Below, one piece after another: positions 27,609-37,323 of a stretch of DNA of 64,000 nt. A model generated the notes under the pieces. The model was given only the letters and a program-made list of their open reading frames with translations, was not told the DNA's origin and made no database searches. How positions within the stretch are numbered: position 1 is the first letter of the stretch; each line of letters starts with the position of its first letter. The position numbers and the translations under genes were made by a program. Source of the DNA: an uncultured Actinomycetes bacterium. Lineage in GTDB: Bacteria; Actinomycetota; UBA4738; HRBIN12. The stretch is taken from positions 1,875,560 to 1,939,559 of the forward strand of contig CAVQPR010000001.1 of the NCBI GenBank assembly GCA_963714865.1, given 5' to 3'.

Positions 27609-30513
27609 CCCCGTACCTCTTCGATCGGGAAGAGGGCTCGACCCTGCGGGTACAGCGGACACAGCGACTTGAAGTCGCACCAGTGGCAATCGGCCGCCGG
27701 GTTCGGCCGGTAGGCCTCGCTCATCGTTGAGCCGCCGCTTGTGGTCGATCAGCTCCGACAGGGTCTGCTCCACACGCGCCTGATACTCCTCGTGCTGGCC
27801 CTGTGTGACCTGCCACGACTTCAGCTCAAGCTCGCCCGTGCGCCAGTGGCCCTTGACGAATGAGAGCTCGATCGATCGGACGGGCCGGAACTCCTGTAGC
27901 TCCTCCGAGCGCTCGACGGCCAGGAAGTAGATCCCCAACTGCAGGCTGTCCTCTGCCTTGGGCTGGTTGCCCGAGCTGCCGGTCTTGAAGTCCGTGATCC
28001 TCGTGCCGCCGGAAGTGAACGGGCCGATGCGGTCGATCACTCCGTTGATCGTCACGCCGTCGTGGTCGAACTCGAAGTAGCGTTCGACCGCCAGGGACCG
28101 CGTCTCGCCGTAGCCGCGCCACCAGTTGGGCAGCATCCGTTCTTCCACCAGGCGCCGGAACGCCGTGCTGACCGCCCGCGAGGGAAAGACGCGCTCCTCC
28201 CAGCGCTCGTCGACGGCCGCGAGGATCTCGTCCTTCGTCCGGCCGAGGTCGCCGGTCTCGCACTCCTCGATGATCCGGTGCACGAGCTTGCCGACCCACG
28301 CGTGGTACCCGGCGTCACGGCCGAGCCCGAGCTCGTCGCCCAGCACGTGCTGCAGTTCGCAGTTCTCCAGGTTGCTGACAGCCGTGAGTACGACAGCCGC
28401 AACGTCTCGTAGCAGCGGCCGGCCGGTGTCGGTCCACTCTCGCTGGAACCACCACGAGCGCGGATCGATCCCGAGCGAGCGAGAGCCCCTCCAGCGCGGC
28501 GAGGCGTCGCCAGGACGGGATCGACGTGTCGGCGAGCTGGCGGCGCCAGGTGGCGTGTGCCTCGCGTATCGAGACCGGCTCGTCGAACGGGCCCTCGACC
28601 GCGGGTGTCCAGCCGATGCCGTGCTCCTCGACGAAGCGCGAACGCGTCGACAACTCGTCGTCATGCGGATGCGTATCTGCGCACACCAAGACGACGCGGC
28701 GACGTGCCCGTCCGAGTCACCATTTCGAAGAGGCGCCGCTCGTCCTCGATCCGCGTGCGGGCCCGTTCAGCGTTCGAGATCGCTTGCTCGCAGGACCGCG
28801 AGGTCGAACATCGGCTCGGGGCGCGACAGGCTCGGGAAGTTGCCCTCGATCGCGCCGGCGACCAGGACCGAGTCGAACTCCATGCCCGACTGCCCCGTGG
28901 GCGGTGAGCACCTGGACGGCGTCGCCGCCCGCCCGTTCCCACGCGGAATAGCCGGGCCCGTGTTCGCCGGCATCGAGTCCCTCGAGGAACGCGGCGACAC
29001 CCGCGTCGCCACCCTCTTCCGCCTCGGCGATCGCGTTCGCGAACGCGACGACCGTGTCGAGCTCGCGCCGCGCCTGCGACGAGGAGGCCGCCGCCTCGAC
29101 GAGGCGTACCGAGGAGGGGAGCTCCTCCCACAGGATCCGGAACGTGTCCTGCACCGACATGCCGGCGAACAGCGAAGCCTTGGCCAGGGCCTCCCGCGCG
29201 CCCGCGATCATCGCGGCTTCGTCCGGAGCCAGTCCTTCTTCGACGTCGAGCGCGTTGGTGATCGAGCCCGTACGAGCGTGCGCCGTGCGGAGCAGGCCGC
29301 GGGTCGCCGCCGGGGAGAGCCCCACCACGTCGCTCGTCAGCAGGGACTCGACGAGTTCCTCGCGATGGGCCTGGTCGGCGACGAGCCATCGCAGGGCGAG
29401 GACGTAGGGGCGCGTGGCGGGCTCGGCGGTGAGCGACAGCCCCCGCTCGGGAACGGCCCGTGGAACGCGGGCGTCGTCGAGGGCCCTCAGCAGCCCACCA
29501 AGATGTGTTCCCTGGCGGCGGACGATCACCGCCATGTCGGCCCAGCCGACGTCCTCATCGACGTGCAGGCGACGGAGTTCGCGGGCGATCGCGGCGTGCT
29601 CCTCGGCCGTGTGCGGTGCCACCCAAGCCGCCGTCGTGGGGGGCTCGGGGGAGCGATGCCGGGTGGCCAGAACGACGTCGTCGGCGCCCTCGAATGAGGC
29701 CGCGAACCGCTCGAGCGGCACCATGGATGTGCCCTGGAACGAGAACACGTGGGCGCCTCGGTCACCGGCCACCACGAGGTCGGGGACGTCGAGGGCCACG
29801 AGGATCGCCTCTGCGGCGAGGGTGGTGTCCTGGTAGTCGTCGAGCATCAGGTGGTCGAACAGCTGGTCGCCGTCGGCGGCGACGCCTGCCGCCCGCTGGA
29901 GGAGCGCGGCGAAGTCGACCGCGCCGAGATCGTCCAGCACCTCTTGATATTCGCCCAGGAATCGCGCCAGTTCGTGCCATCCCGTGAGCCCCCTTCGGTC
30001 GGCGGCCTCGACGATCGACTCGGGTGTCACCAGGGCCTCCTGGGCCCGCAGTAGGAACTGGCGGACCTCGTCGGCGAACCCGCGGAGTTCGAGGAGGGAC
30101 GCATACGCCGGCCAGTCGGCGGGGTCCTGCCCCGTGAGCAGTTCCTGCACTTTCGCGAACTGCTCGGCGGCCGATAGGACCTGCGGCGGTTCGCCGAGGC
30201 CCATCGAGTCGTAGCGATCCTTGACGATCCTGAGGGCGAGGCCGTGCGCGGTGACGACCTGTAGCCCGGGCAGGGAGTCGGGGAGCATGGTCAGCAGCTG
30301 CGCTCGGGCCGCATCGCGCGCCCGCGCCGACGAGACGACGAGGGCGGTGCGCTCGGGGTCCGCGCCGCCTGCGATAAGTCGAGCGAACCGCTCGCGCAGC
30401 ACCCAGGACTTGCCGGTTCCCGAGGCGCCGGTGACGAGTAGAGAACCCGTCCGATGGTCGATGATGCGTTGCTGGGCGTCGTCGGGGGTCGATCGGGAGG
30501 GGGCCTCGTTCAC
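27605..30513 (-). pseudogene. adnA: AdnA subunit of AdnAB helicase-nuclease, five apparent frameshifts in its 3' third
   Basis: ORF 28717..30513: GASGTGKS, MLDDYQDTT; then GQSGMEFDSVLVAGAIEGNFP (ORF 28767..29012), ISNAERARTRIEDERRLFEMV, VLVCADTHPHDDEL.., nuclease domain ITDFKTG..QLGIYFLAVE (ORF 25749..28664 frame) and CHWCDFKSLCPLYP tail; frame changes near 28900, 28785, 28717, 28486, 27720. Confidence 0.8.
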
Positions 30514-30554
30514 GGTCGGATGCTACTCGGCGCCAACGACAGCCGCGCCCGCTC

Positions 30555-31721
30555 TCACTCGTCGGGGCGTGGCGGGGGCTCGTCGGGGGTGGCGACGACT
30601 CCATCCCATGGGTCGACTCCTGCCCCGAACTCGGGGCGGCCCTCGATGACCCGCTTGTACCAGCGTTCGACGTCCGACGTGTCGAGGGCACCCACGGCTC
30701 GGCCCTCGTCGAGCACCAGGCCCTCACGCTTGCCGATCCACGGAAGGGCTGTGTCGAGCGTCTCCTGCGGTGCGAGCCACGGGAGGTGGCTGAGCGGGAC
30801 GACGGCATCAGCCACGGGTCGCATCGGGTTCCTCGCGCCGACCCTGCGGGCGCTCGCCATCGACACCGTGCCGATCACCGCTCCGTCCCGAGCGACCGGG
30901 AACTCCGTCGTCCCGGAGCCACGCAGGTACTCGTCCAGCGCCTGCGTGAGCGAGAGTTCGGCGGCGATCGTGGGGGGCGGAGGCCGCATGGCGTCGGACA
31001 CCCTCCCCTTGGCGAGCAGGTCTGTGAAGGCGATCTGCGCGCCCACCTTGCGTCCGCTGTTGGCCAGAACGAAGCCTACGTACCCGAGGAACAGCCACAT
31101 CCCCTCGCCGTCCAGGAACATCCTCACGGCCACGACGAGCATCACGACCCCCATCGCGAGGCCCGTGTATCCGGCCGCCCGCATGCCGATTCGCCGATCG
31201 TGCGCCAGGGCCCACACCACGGCGAGGAGGACCCGACCGCCGTCGAGGGGGTAGCCGGGGAGCGCGTTGAACGCGGCGAAGAACACGTTGAGCAGAGCCA
31301 GGTCGCGGAGTATCTCGTGCACGAGCCCTGCCGTGGTTCCGGCGATCGCCCATAGCGCGCCCGCGACGGCCAGGGTGCTGAGCGGGCCGACCACGGCCAC
31401 CAGGAACTCGCTCCCCGGTCCCCGGTCGTACGCCTTCGTCTCGGTGGCGCCGCCCCAGAACACGAGGGTGACGCCGAGCACGGGCAGATCGAGCAGCCGG
31501 GCGGTGACGGCGTGGGCGCCCTCGTGGAGCAGGATGCTGCCGAAGAACACGGCGGTGGCGAACACGCCCAGCAGCACTCCCTGGGATGCCGTCGCGCCTG
31601 CGGCGGTCAGTCGATCGAACTGGAGCCACACGTAGAGCCCGGCGACGAACACCCATGACGTGGCGATGTAGAACGGGATCCCCGCGATCGAGCCGATCTT
31701 CCAGCGGTTGCCGATGCCCAT
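30555..31721 (-). CDS. M50-family (site-2 protease type) zinc metalloprotease with C-terminal CBS pair
   Basis: HEGAH zinc motif, FNALPGYPLDGGR, C-terminal CBS-like repeats. Confidence 0.85.
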   Translation of the reverse strand: MGIGNRWKIGSIAGIPFYIATSWVFVAGLYVWLQFDRLTAAGATASQGVLLGVFATAVFFGSILLHEGAHAVTARLLDLPVLGVTLVFWGGATETKAYDRGPGSEFLVAVVGPLSTLAVAGALWAIAGTTAGLVHEILRDLALLNVFFAAFNALPGYPLDGGRVLLAVVWALAHDRRIGMRAAGYTGLAMGVVMLVVAVRMFLDGEGMWLFLGYVGFVLANSGRKVGAQIAFTDLLAKGRVSDAMRPPPPTIAAELSLTQALDEYLRGSGTTEFPVARDGAVIGTVSMASARRVGARNPMRPVADAVVPLSHLPWLAPQETLDTALPWIGKREGLVLDEGRAVGALDTSDVERWYKRVIEGRPEFGAGVDPWDGVVATPDEPPPRPDE

Positions 31722-31769
31722 CGCACGAGCCTACCGCCGCCTGCCCCCTCTCTCGACGATGGCCGAGCG

Positions 31770-32681
31770 TTACCCGGCAGCGAGGTCGATCTCGAGGATG
31801 TCTCCGAGCTCGCGCGCGTTGCGGACCGCGAAGTCGCGGTAGCAGTTGTTCATCAGCACGTGCGTCTCGCGCGCCTGCGATGCCAGGCCCTCGATCTTCG
31901 GGGCCCACTCGCTCAGCTCGTCCGCGGAGTAGTCGTATCGGAAGCGCTGGGAGGCCGACTCGCCAGACGTCTCCCACGACTCGAGGTTGCGCCCGTGGAA
32001 CCGGACCATCGCGAGGTCGTCGGCGGTCACGGCGCTGACGGGGGGCACGCTCGACTCGAATCCCTGCGGCATATCGACGCACACGTATGGGAGCCTTCGC
32101 TCCTCGAGGAAGCCGAGGGTGTCCTCCACGTTCTCGGGCGCCATCCACGATCGGTGCCGGAACTCGATGGCGATCCGATAGTCGGACAACCTGCCCGCGC
32201 ATTCCTCGATGTAGGCGCGGTTGGCCCGGCTCCTCACGAACCACTGCGGGAACTGGAACAGCACGGCGCCGAGCTTCCCCGCGGTGTGCAATGGCTCGAT
32301 CGCGTCATGGAACCGCTGCCACACCTCGTCCACGGCCTCATCGGGTAGCTGCTCCCGGTACACGAACCGCTTCGTGATGGGTGACAACGACTCGCGCAGG
32401 TCGGCGTAGAGCGAATCCGGACGCGTGGGATGGTTGGTGAGCAGGGAGTAGGCCTTGATGTTGAACGTGAAGCTCGCGTCCGTGCGCTCGACCCATCGAA
32501 CCGAGTTCGCTTCGCTCGGCGGGTAGTAGTAGGTGGCGTCGACCTCGACGAGGGGGAACCGGGAGGCGTAGAACCGCAGCCGCTGCTCGGCCGAGCGAGC
32601 CTCCCGCGGGTAGAAGTCAGACTCCTTGATCAACGTGGGATCGGTCCACGACGACGTCCCGATCCGGATCCGACCGGTCAC
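31770..32681 (-). CDS. DUF72 (YecE-like) family protein
   Basis: IRIGTSSWTDPTL..FYP..LRFYASRFPLVEVDATYY..FQFPQWF pattern; GTGA overlap with upstream gene. Confidence 0.8.
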   Translation of the reverse strand: MTGRIRIGTSSWTDPTLIKESDFYPREARSAEQRLRFYASRFPLVEVDATYYYPPSEANSVRWVERTDASFTFNIKAYSLLTNHPTRPDSLYADLRESLSPITKRFVYREQLPDEAVDEVWQRFHDAIEPLHTAGKLGAVLFQFPQWFVRSRANRAYIEECAGRLSDYRIAIEFRHRSWMAPENVEDTLGFLEERRLPYVCVDMPQGFESSVPPVSAVTADDLAMVRFHGRNLESWETSGESASQRFRYDYSADELSEWAPKIEGLASQARETHVLMNNCYRDFAVRNARELGDILEIDLAAG

Positions 32682-33082
32682 TGGGGCCGTGCGTCGTCGC
32701 CGTTCTGCGCCTTCTTGCGCAGGACCTTGTCCTTGGCCTGTTCGGCCTTGCGTCGGGCTGTGGTCAACAGGCGCTTGGCCCACACGTACTCGGTCGACAA
32801 GATGGCGAGGCCCGCGAAGATCAAGAGCCATCCCGGACCCGGCAGCACGAGAAGTGCCACCCCGACGAGGAGGACGACGGCGCCCGCGATCGTGATCCCG
32901 ATCCGCCGTCCGTTGCGGCCGAGGAACATGACCACCGCCTTGAACGGGACGACGGCGGGGTGGTCGTGCCAGCGGCGTGCGGCATCCGGATGGATGGCGG
33001 AGAACTTGGCGACGACGGCGTCGGCGTCCCGTTCCTCTGGGTCGTCTCCCCAGACGTCGCGACGGTGAGAGTGTTCGCTCAT
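32678..33082 (-). CDS. PGPGW-motif small membrane protein
   Basis: Two TM with LVLPGPGWLLIFAGLAILSTEYVWAKR; start ATG 33082 (or 33100). Confidence 0.7.
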   Translation of the reverse strand: MSEHSHRRDVWGDDPEERDADAVVAKFSAIHPDAARRWHDHPAVVPFKAVVMFLGRNGRRIGITIAGAVVLLVGVALLVLPGPGWLLIFAGLAILSTEYVWAKRLLTTARRKAEQAKDKVLRKKAQNGDDARPQ

Positions 33083-33136
33083 GAGGCCACATCTTCCCAC
33101 GCCTGCGTTGTCGGAGGGAACCGGTGGTCGCGGGGC

Positions 33137-33439
33137 TCAGTCGTCCTCGGGATGGTCGTCCCCGCCATGACCCGAGTCGTCGCGACCGTTGCCCCCGTGG
33201 TCGTCCTCGCTGGGCGACGAGGATGGGGTGTGGTGCTGACCGGGCGTCGTGGCGCTCGGGGAGGGCTTGGTCACAGGAGTCAGGCTCGAGGTGGCGATGT
33301 CATCTCCCACCGAGTGTTGCACCTGCGGGGCGGGTCCTCCGATCTGCCGGCCAGCAAGGGCGAAGGCACCGAGCGACATGAGGGCGGCGAGGACCAGCCC
33401 TCCGAGACCGTAGCTGACGATGAGTATCCAGCGCTTCAT
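33137..33439 (-). CDS. Small N-terminally anchored protein with Ser/Thr/Pro linker and acidic His-rich tail
   Basis: MKRWILIVSYGLGGLVLAALMSLGAFALAG TM, tail EDDHGGNGRDDSGHGGDDHPEDD; directly downstream of the two-component genes. Confidence 0.5.
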   Translation of the reverse strand: MKRWILIVSYGLGGLVLAALMSLGAFALAGRQIGGPAPQVQHSVGDDIATSSLTPVTKPSPSATTPGQHHTPSSSPSEDDHGGNGRDDSGHGGDDHPEDD

Positions 33440-33474
33440 GACGACAACGTATGCCCGTCAAGGATAAGAGCCGG

Positions 33475-34947
33475 CTAACTGGAGGCGGAGCCATCCGTCG
33501 ATCGGGGCATTCGATCCGAGGCGGGCAGCCGCACGTCGATCCGCGCCCCGCCGCCGTCGGCGGCCATCACGGTCAGCGAGCCTCCCCACCGCTCGGCGAT
33601 GTCTCGCGCGATGGCGAGCCCGAGTCCGGAGCCGCCGCTCGGGACCCCCCTGCCTCGGTAGAACCGCTCCGTGACTCGCTCCAACTCCAGGCCTGAGAAC
33701 CCCGGTCCGTGGTCTCGCACGATCAGCGTGACATCGTCGCCGGCGCGTCTGGTCTCCAGCTCGATGGGGCCGGCCGCGTAGGCGAGCGCGTTGTCGATCA
33801 GGTTATCGACGAGCTGGTCGACGTCGTTGGCATCTGCGAGGGCGGGGGCGGGGATCCCCGTAGAGCGGATCTCGGTGTCCAGCGTCGCGGCTCGATCCGC
33901 CCACCGCTCGACCGCGCGTCGGGCGCAATCGGCCAGATCCATCTCGACCGGATCTCCGCGCTCTACCCGTGTGGCGAGCACGAGCATCCTGTCGACCGTC
34001 TCTGAGAGCCGATCGACCTCGAGGTCGGCGGCGTCGAGTTGGCGCGTGATATCTGGGTCCTCCGTGCTGGTCCTCGCGTTCTCGATCCGCAGCTTCATGC
34101 CCGTGAGCGGGGTGCGGAGCTGGTGGCTCGCGTTCGCCACGAACTCCCGCTGGGCCTGGACAGTTCGCTCGAGTCGTTCGGCCATGTCGTCGAAGGATTC
34201 GGCCAGCTCCTCGATCTCCCGTGCGCCGTGGAGCTCGCCGGCACGCGCGGTGAGGTCGCCATCGCGGATCCGATGTGCGGCGGACGCCAATCGCGACAGG
34301 GGGCGTGCGAACGAGCCGGCCAGACCGAACGCGATCAGGAGTCCGGCCACGAGGCCGGCGCCGCCGATCACGAACAAGCCGACCGTAGTGGCGCGGATGG
34401 CATCGCTCACGTCCTGCACGTTCCGGGTGATCCGGATCGCACCGAAGAGCCCCTCGTCCTGGATCGGCGCTGCCGCCACCAGGAGGTCGGCTTGTTCGGT
34501 GGCGGAATAGCGCGTGATCGCGGTCGCCGTCGGGCGAACGGGGTCGAGCGCCGCCGCGATCTCGGGCCGGAGCCCGTTGTTGAAGTTCTCGCCGAGTGAT
34601 GTGCCTTCCGAGTCAGCGATGACGATCCCGTCCACGTCGACGACGACGACGCGGCCGTCGACCTGGACGCTGTAGCTGGCGACGGCCCTGTCGAGGGCAG
34701 GGCCCGGGATCGCACCCTCACCGCCGATCTGGGCCGCGATCGTGAGGGCGCTCACCTTCGTGTCGGCCTCGATCTCGGCGCGCACCCTGCGGGCCAAGTT
34801 GATGGCGAGCGGGATAGAGAGGGCGACGATGACCGTGACGAGGATGTAGGTGAAGGCCAGGACGAGGCGGCCGCGGACCCTCACGTCGCGGCTCCGGATT
34901 CGTCTCTCATCCGAGGTCGTCGGGCTCGACGAACCGGAACCCCACAC
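33475..34947 (-). CDS. Sensor histidine kinase (2 TM, extracytoplasmic loop, HAMP, HisKA, HATPase_c)
   Basis: H-box FVANASHQLRTPL, N/G boxes DNLIDNALAY, DHGPGF, GGSGLGLAI; alternative GTG start at 34884. Confidence 0.85.
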   Translation of the reverse strand: MWGSGSSSPTTSDERRIRSRDVRVRGRLVLAFTYILVTVIVALSIPLAINLARRVRAEIEADTKVSALTIAAQIGGEGAIPGPALDRAVASYSVQVDGRVVVVDVDGIVIADSEGTSLGENFNNGLRPEIAAALDPVRPTATAITRYSATEQADLLVAAAPIQDEGLFGAIRITRNVQDVSDAIRATTVGLFVIGGAGLVAGLLIAFGLAGSFARPLSRLASAAHRIRDGDLTARAGELHGAREIEELAESFDDMAERLERTVQAQREFVANASHQLRTPLTGMKLRIENARTSTEDPDITRQLDAADLEVDRLSETVDRMLVLATRVERGDPVEMDLADCARRAVERWADRAATLDTEIRSTGIPAPALADANDVDQLVDNLIDNALAYAAGPIELETRRAGDDVTLIVRDHGPGFSGLELERVTERFYRGRGVPSGGSGLGLAIARDIAERWGGSLTVMAADGGGARIDVRLPASDRMPRSTDGSASS

Positions 34948-35599
34948 CCCTCACGGTGGTGATGAATCGGGGCGTCGATGGGTCGTCCTCGATCTTCTTG
35001 CGGAGCCAAGAGATGTGGACGTCGAGCGTCTTCGTGGCTCCGAACCAGTGGGGATCCCACACCTCGTCCATGATCGATTCCCTCGTCGCGACTTCCCCGG
35101 CGTGCGCCATCAGGAAGTGCAGGAGGTCGAACTCCTTGGCCGCCATGTCGATCACCGCTCCGTCCTTGGTGACCGTGCGGCTGGCCGGGTCGAGCACGAT
35201 GGTTCCGATCCCGATCGTCGCCTTGCGCGGGGTCGAACCTCCCCGACGCATGATGGCGCGCATCCGAGCCACCAGTTCCCCCGCAGAGAATGGTTTGACG
35301 ACGTAGTCGTCGGCGCCGATTTCGAGGCCGACGATCCGGTCGACCTCTTCGCCGCGGGCTGTCAACATGATGATCGGAAGGTCGGACGAGCGGCGCACCT
35401 CGCGGCACAGATCCCTTCCGTCCCCGTCGGGCAGCATCACATCGAGGAGCATCAGGTCTGGCGCCTGTCGCTCGAGCGAGGTGCGGGCCGCTGCGAGCGT
35501 CGCGGCGACCTCGGCATCGAAGCCCTCGCGCTCGAGCCGGTCAGCGAGCGGCTCGGAGATCGCGACCTCGTCTTCGACGAGCAGCACCCGCGGCTTCAT
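34907..35599 (-). CDS. OmpR/PhoB-family response regulator
   Basis: Receiver LLVEDE..LLDVMLPDGDG..GADDYVVKPF and winged-helix C-domain (..VHISWLRKKIE..TVRGVGFRF). Confidence 0.9.
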   Translation of the reverse strand: MKPRVLLVEDEVAISEPLADRLEREGFDAEVAATLAAARTSLERQAPDLMLLDVMLPDGDGRDLCREVRRSSDLPIIMLTARGEEVDRIVGLEIGADDYVVKPFSAGELVARMRAIMRRGGSTPRKATIGIGTIVLDPASRTVTKDGAVIDMAAKEFDLLHFLMAHAGEVATRESIMDEVWDPHWFGATKTLDVHISWLRKKIEDDPSTPRFITTVRGVGFRFVEPDDLG

Positions 35600-35662
35600 G
35601 GGGCGATGGTAGCCCCAGGAGATTTGTCAGTCTTGTGTGCGCGCCCCCCGTTCAGGTAGAAA

Positions 35663-35727
35663 CCTCCCCATCTCGTTGGATCAGCCCGGTCGCATGCCCG
35701 CCGACCTGGAACCAGGGTGTGGGGAGG
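35663..35727 (+). promoter_or_regulatory. Possible anti-SD structure in the leader of the first orphan kinase
   Basis: cctcccca (35663-35670) is the exact reverse complement of tggggagg (35720-35727), which contains the SD 4 nt before ATG 35732. Confidence 0.3.
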
Positions 35728-35731
35728 AAGC

Positions 35732-37150
35732 ATGTCGACGACCGCTAGCACCACGGGGAACCGTTTCTTTCGCAGTGGGTCCCCGGAGCCCCAGCTTGCG
35801 CGGATTTACTTCTGGGTTGTAACCCTCTTCTTTGGTGCGACCATGCTCCTAGTCCTCCCACCCCACGGGCAGGTCTTCTCCGCCGGCTGGGGCGCGATCT
35901 TGGCTTGGATTTGTCTGATAGCCCTGGCTGATTCAGTTCCGATCAGGTCCTGGGGCCGGATCACGATGGCTGTGTCCATGCCGATTACCCTGGCGGTGGG
36001 GCTGTTGTACGAACCGGCCGTCGCTGCCGCCATCGTCTTTGTGGCTTCCTACGATCCCCGGGAACTCTCGGGCGAAGTGACGCTCGCTCGCGCCCTCTAC
36101 AACCGAAGCCAGATCGCCATGTCGATCCTGGCGGCCTCATTTGTGTTCCATCTGTTTGGCGTGAGTGTCACGGAGTGGCCCATAGCGCTGCTAGCCGCTT
36201 TGGCTGCCTTGGCCGTCGACGTGCTGGTGAACACCGTCCTGGTTGTGGCACCCACGACCTTGTCCCAGGGCGGATCCCCCTACGGTGTTCTTCGTCGAGT
36301 AGTAGAGATGTCTTCCTCCTACCAGCTACTCGGCTACGTGGCCCTGGGCATGTCGTCCATACTTATTGCACTCGTCGCCTCGGCTGTCGGCGTTGCCGGC
36401 GCCTTTCTGTTCGTCGCCCCGCTTGTCCTTGCACGCGAGCTCTTTGCTCAAACCTCAAAGCTTCAGGAGTCGGTTGCCCTGCTGGAGGTTCGTAGTCGGG
36501 CCCTTGTGCAGTCTCTAGAACAGATCGCCGACGAGCGGAAGGATGAGCGCATGGTCGTGGCGGGTGAGTTGCACGACGAGGTGCTCCCCCCGCTCTTCAA
36601 GGTTCACTTGATGGGTCAAGTGATCCGCCAGGACATCGACTCAGGCAGACTGCTTGATCTCGATGCCGACTTGCCCGAACTGCTCTCCGCAACCGACGCC
36701 GCCCAGGTTGCCGTTCGCGAGCTTGTCGGTGATCTTCGGAAGTCTTCTCTTGGCCCCGGCGGCCTCGAAGGTGCTCTGCGCAGTCTTTCCTCAAGCTTGG
36801 AGGCCGCCGGCTCCCCTAGGATCGGATTGAGCCTAGGGGCGGTGGAGGGAAGCAAGCTATCCCAACTCCTGGTCTATCAGGTGTGCCGTGAGGCCATGAA
36901 CAACGCCGCCAGGCATTCACGAGGTACAACTGTTCGGGTATCGACAAGAAGCGAGGGGGACGGGATACGCGTCGTCGTTGCGGACGATGGCGTTGGGTTT
37001 GATAGCCAAGCAGTCGATCGAAGCCAGCATTTCGGTCTCCAGCTGATATCCGAAAGAGTAGAGGCTGCTGGCGGTCGTTCCTCGACTCACAGCATCTTGG
37101 GAACCGGGACGACTGTCTCGGCCTGGATCCCCAACGATCTTCAGAAGTGA
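35732..37150 (+). CDS. Orphan sensor histidine kinase, HisKA_3/NarL-class transmitter with polytopic membrane sensor domain (HK1), lower-GC gene
   Basis: About 6-7 TM N-domain with ASYDPRELSGEVTLARALYNRSQ; H-box AGELHDEV, N-box CREAMNNAARHS, DDGVGF, GTGTTV; no adjacent LuxR-type regulator. Confidence 0.8.
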   Translation: MSTTASTTGNRFFRSGSPEPQLARIYFWVVTLFFGATMLLVLPPHGQVFSAGWGAILAWICLIALADSVPIRSWGRITMAVSMPITLAVGLLYEPAVAAAIVFVASYDPRELSGEVTLARALYNRSQIAMSILAASFVFHLFGVSVTEWPIALLAALAALAVDVLVNTVLVVAPTTLSQGGSPYGVLRRVVEMSSSYQLLGYVALGMSSILIALVASAVGVAGAFLFVAPLVLARELFAQTSKLQESVALLEVRSRALVQSLEQIADERKDERMVVAGELHDEVLPPLFKVHLMGQVIRQDIDSGRLLDLDADLPELLSATDAAQVAVRELVGDLRKSSLGPGGLEGALRSLSSSLEAAGSPRIGLSLGAVEGSKLSQLLVYQVCREAMNNAARHSRGTTVRVSTRSEGDGIRVVVADDGVGFDSQAVDRSQHFGLQLISERVEAAGGRSSTHSILGTGTTVSAWIPNDLQK

Positions 37151-37167
37151 ATCTGGACACAGCGAAA

Positions 37168-37186
37168 CCCCGGGCTAGGCCCGGGG
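37168..37186. terminator. Bidirectional terminator-like hairpin between HK1 and a small minus-strand ORF
   Basis: ccccgggc (37168-37175) tag gcccgggg (37179-37186), 18 nt after HK1 stop. Confidence 0.4.
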
Positions 37187-37211
37187 CTTCAGCCAGTAGG
37201 TGATTTGGTTG

Positions 37212-37296
37212 CTCAGGCCTTCCAGTGGGCGCCGCCCGCGAGGGCGATGGCCATGAGTGAGCTGAGCGCGATAGCGATCCTGCGAGCCAGCTTCAT
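37212..37296 (-). CDS. Candidate small hydrophobic peptide ORF with strong SD; frame ambiguous (possible 1-nt indel)
   Basis: GAAGGAGG-aacc-ATG (ATG at 37296); as written reads MKLARRIAIALSLTHGHRPRG.. to TAG at 37175-37177; dropping one base after codon 12 gives MKLARRIAIALS-SLMAIALAGGAHWKA* ending at 37212. Confidence 0.25.
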
Positions 37297-37323
37297 GGTT
37301 CCTCCTTCATCCGATGCCTGTCG

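Noticed and set aside
25466-27730. 754-aa plus-strand ORF, the longest unassigned ORF in the track
   Set aside because: It is exactly antisense to adnB. Its composition is dominated by R/G/P/D/V/L, as expected for off-frame or antisense translation of high-GC coding DNA. It has no motif, SD or sensible start.
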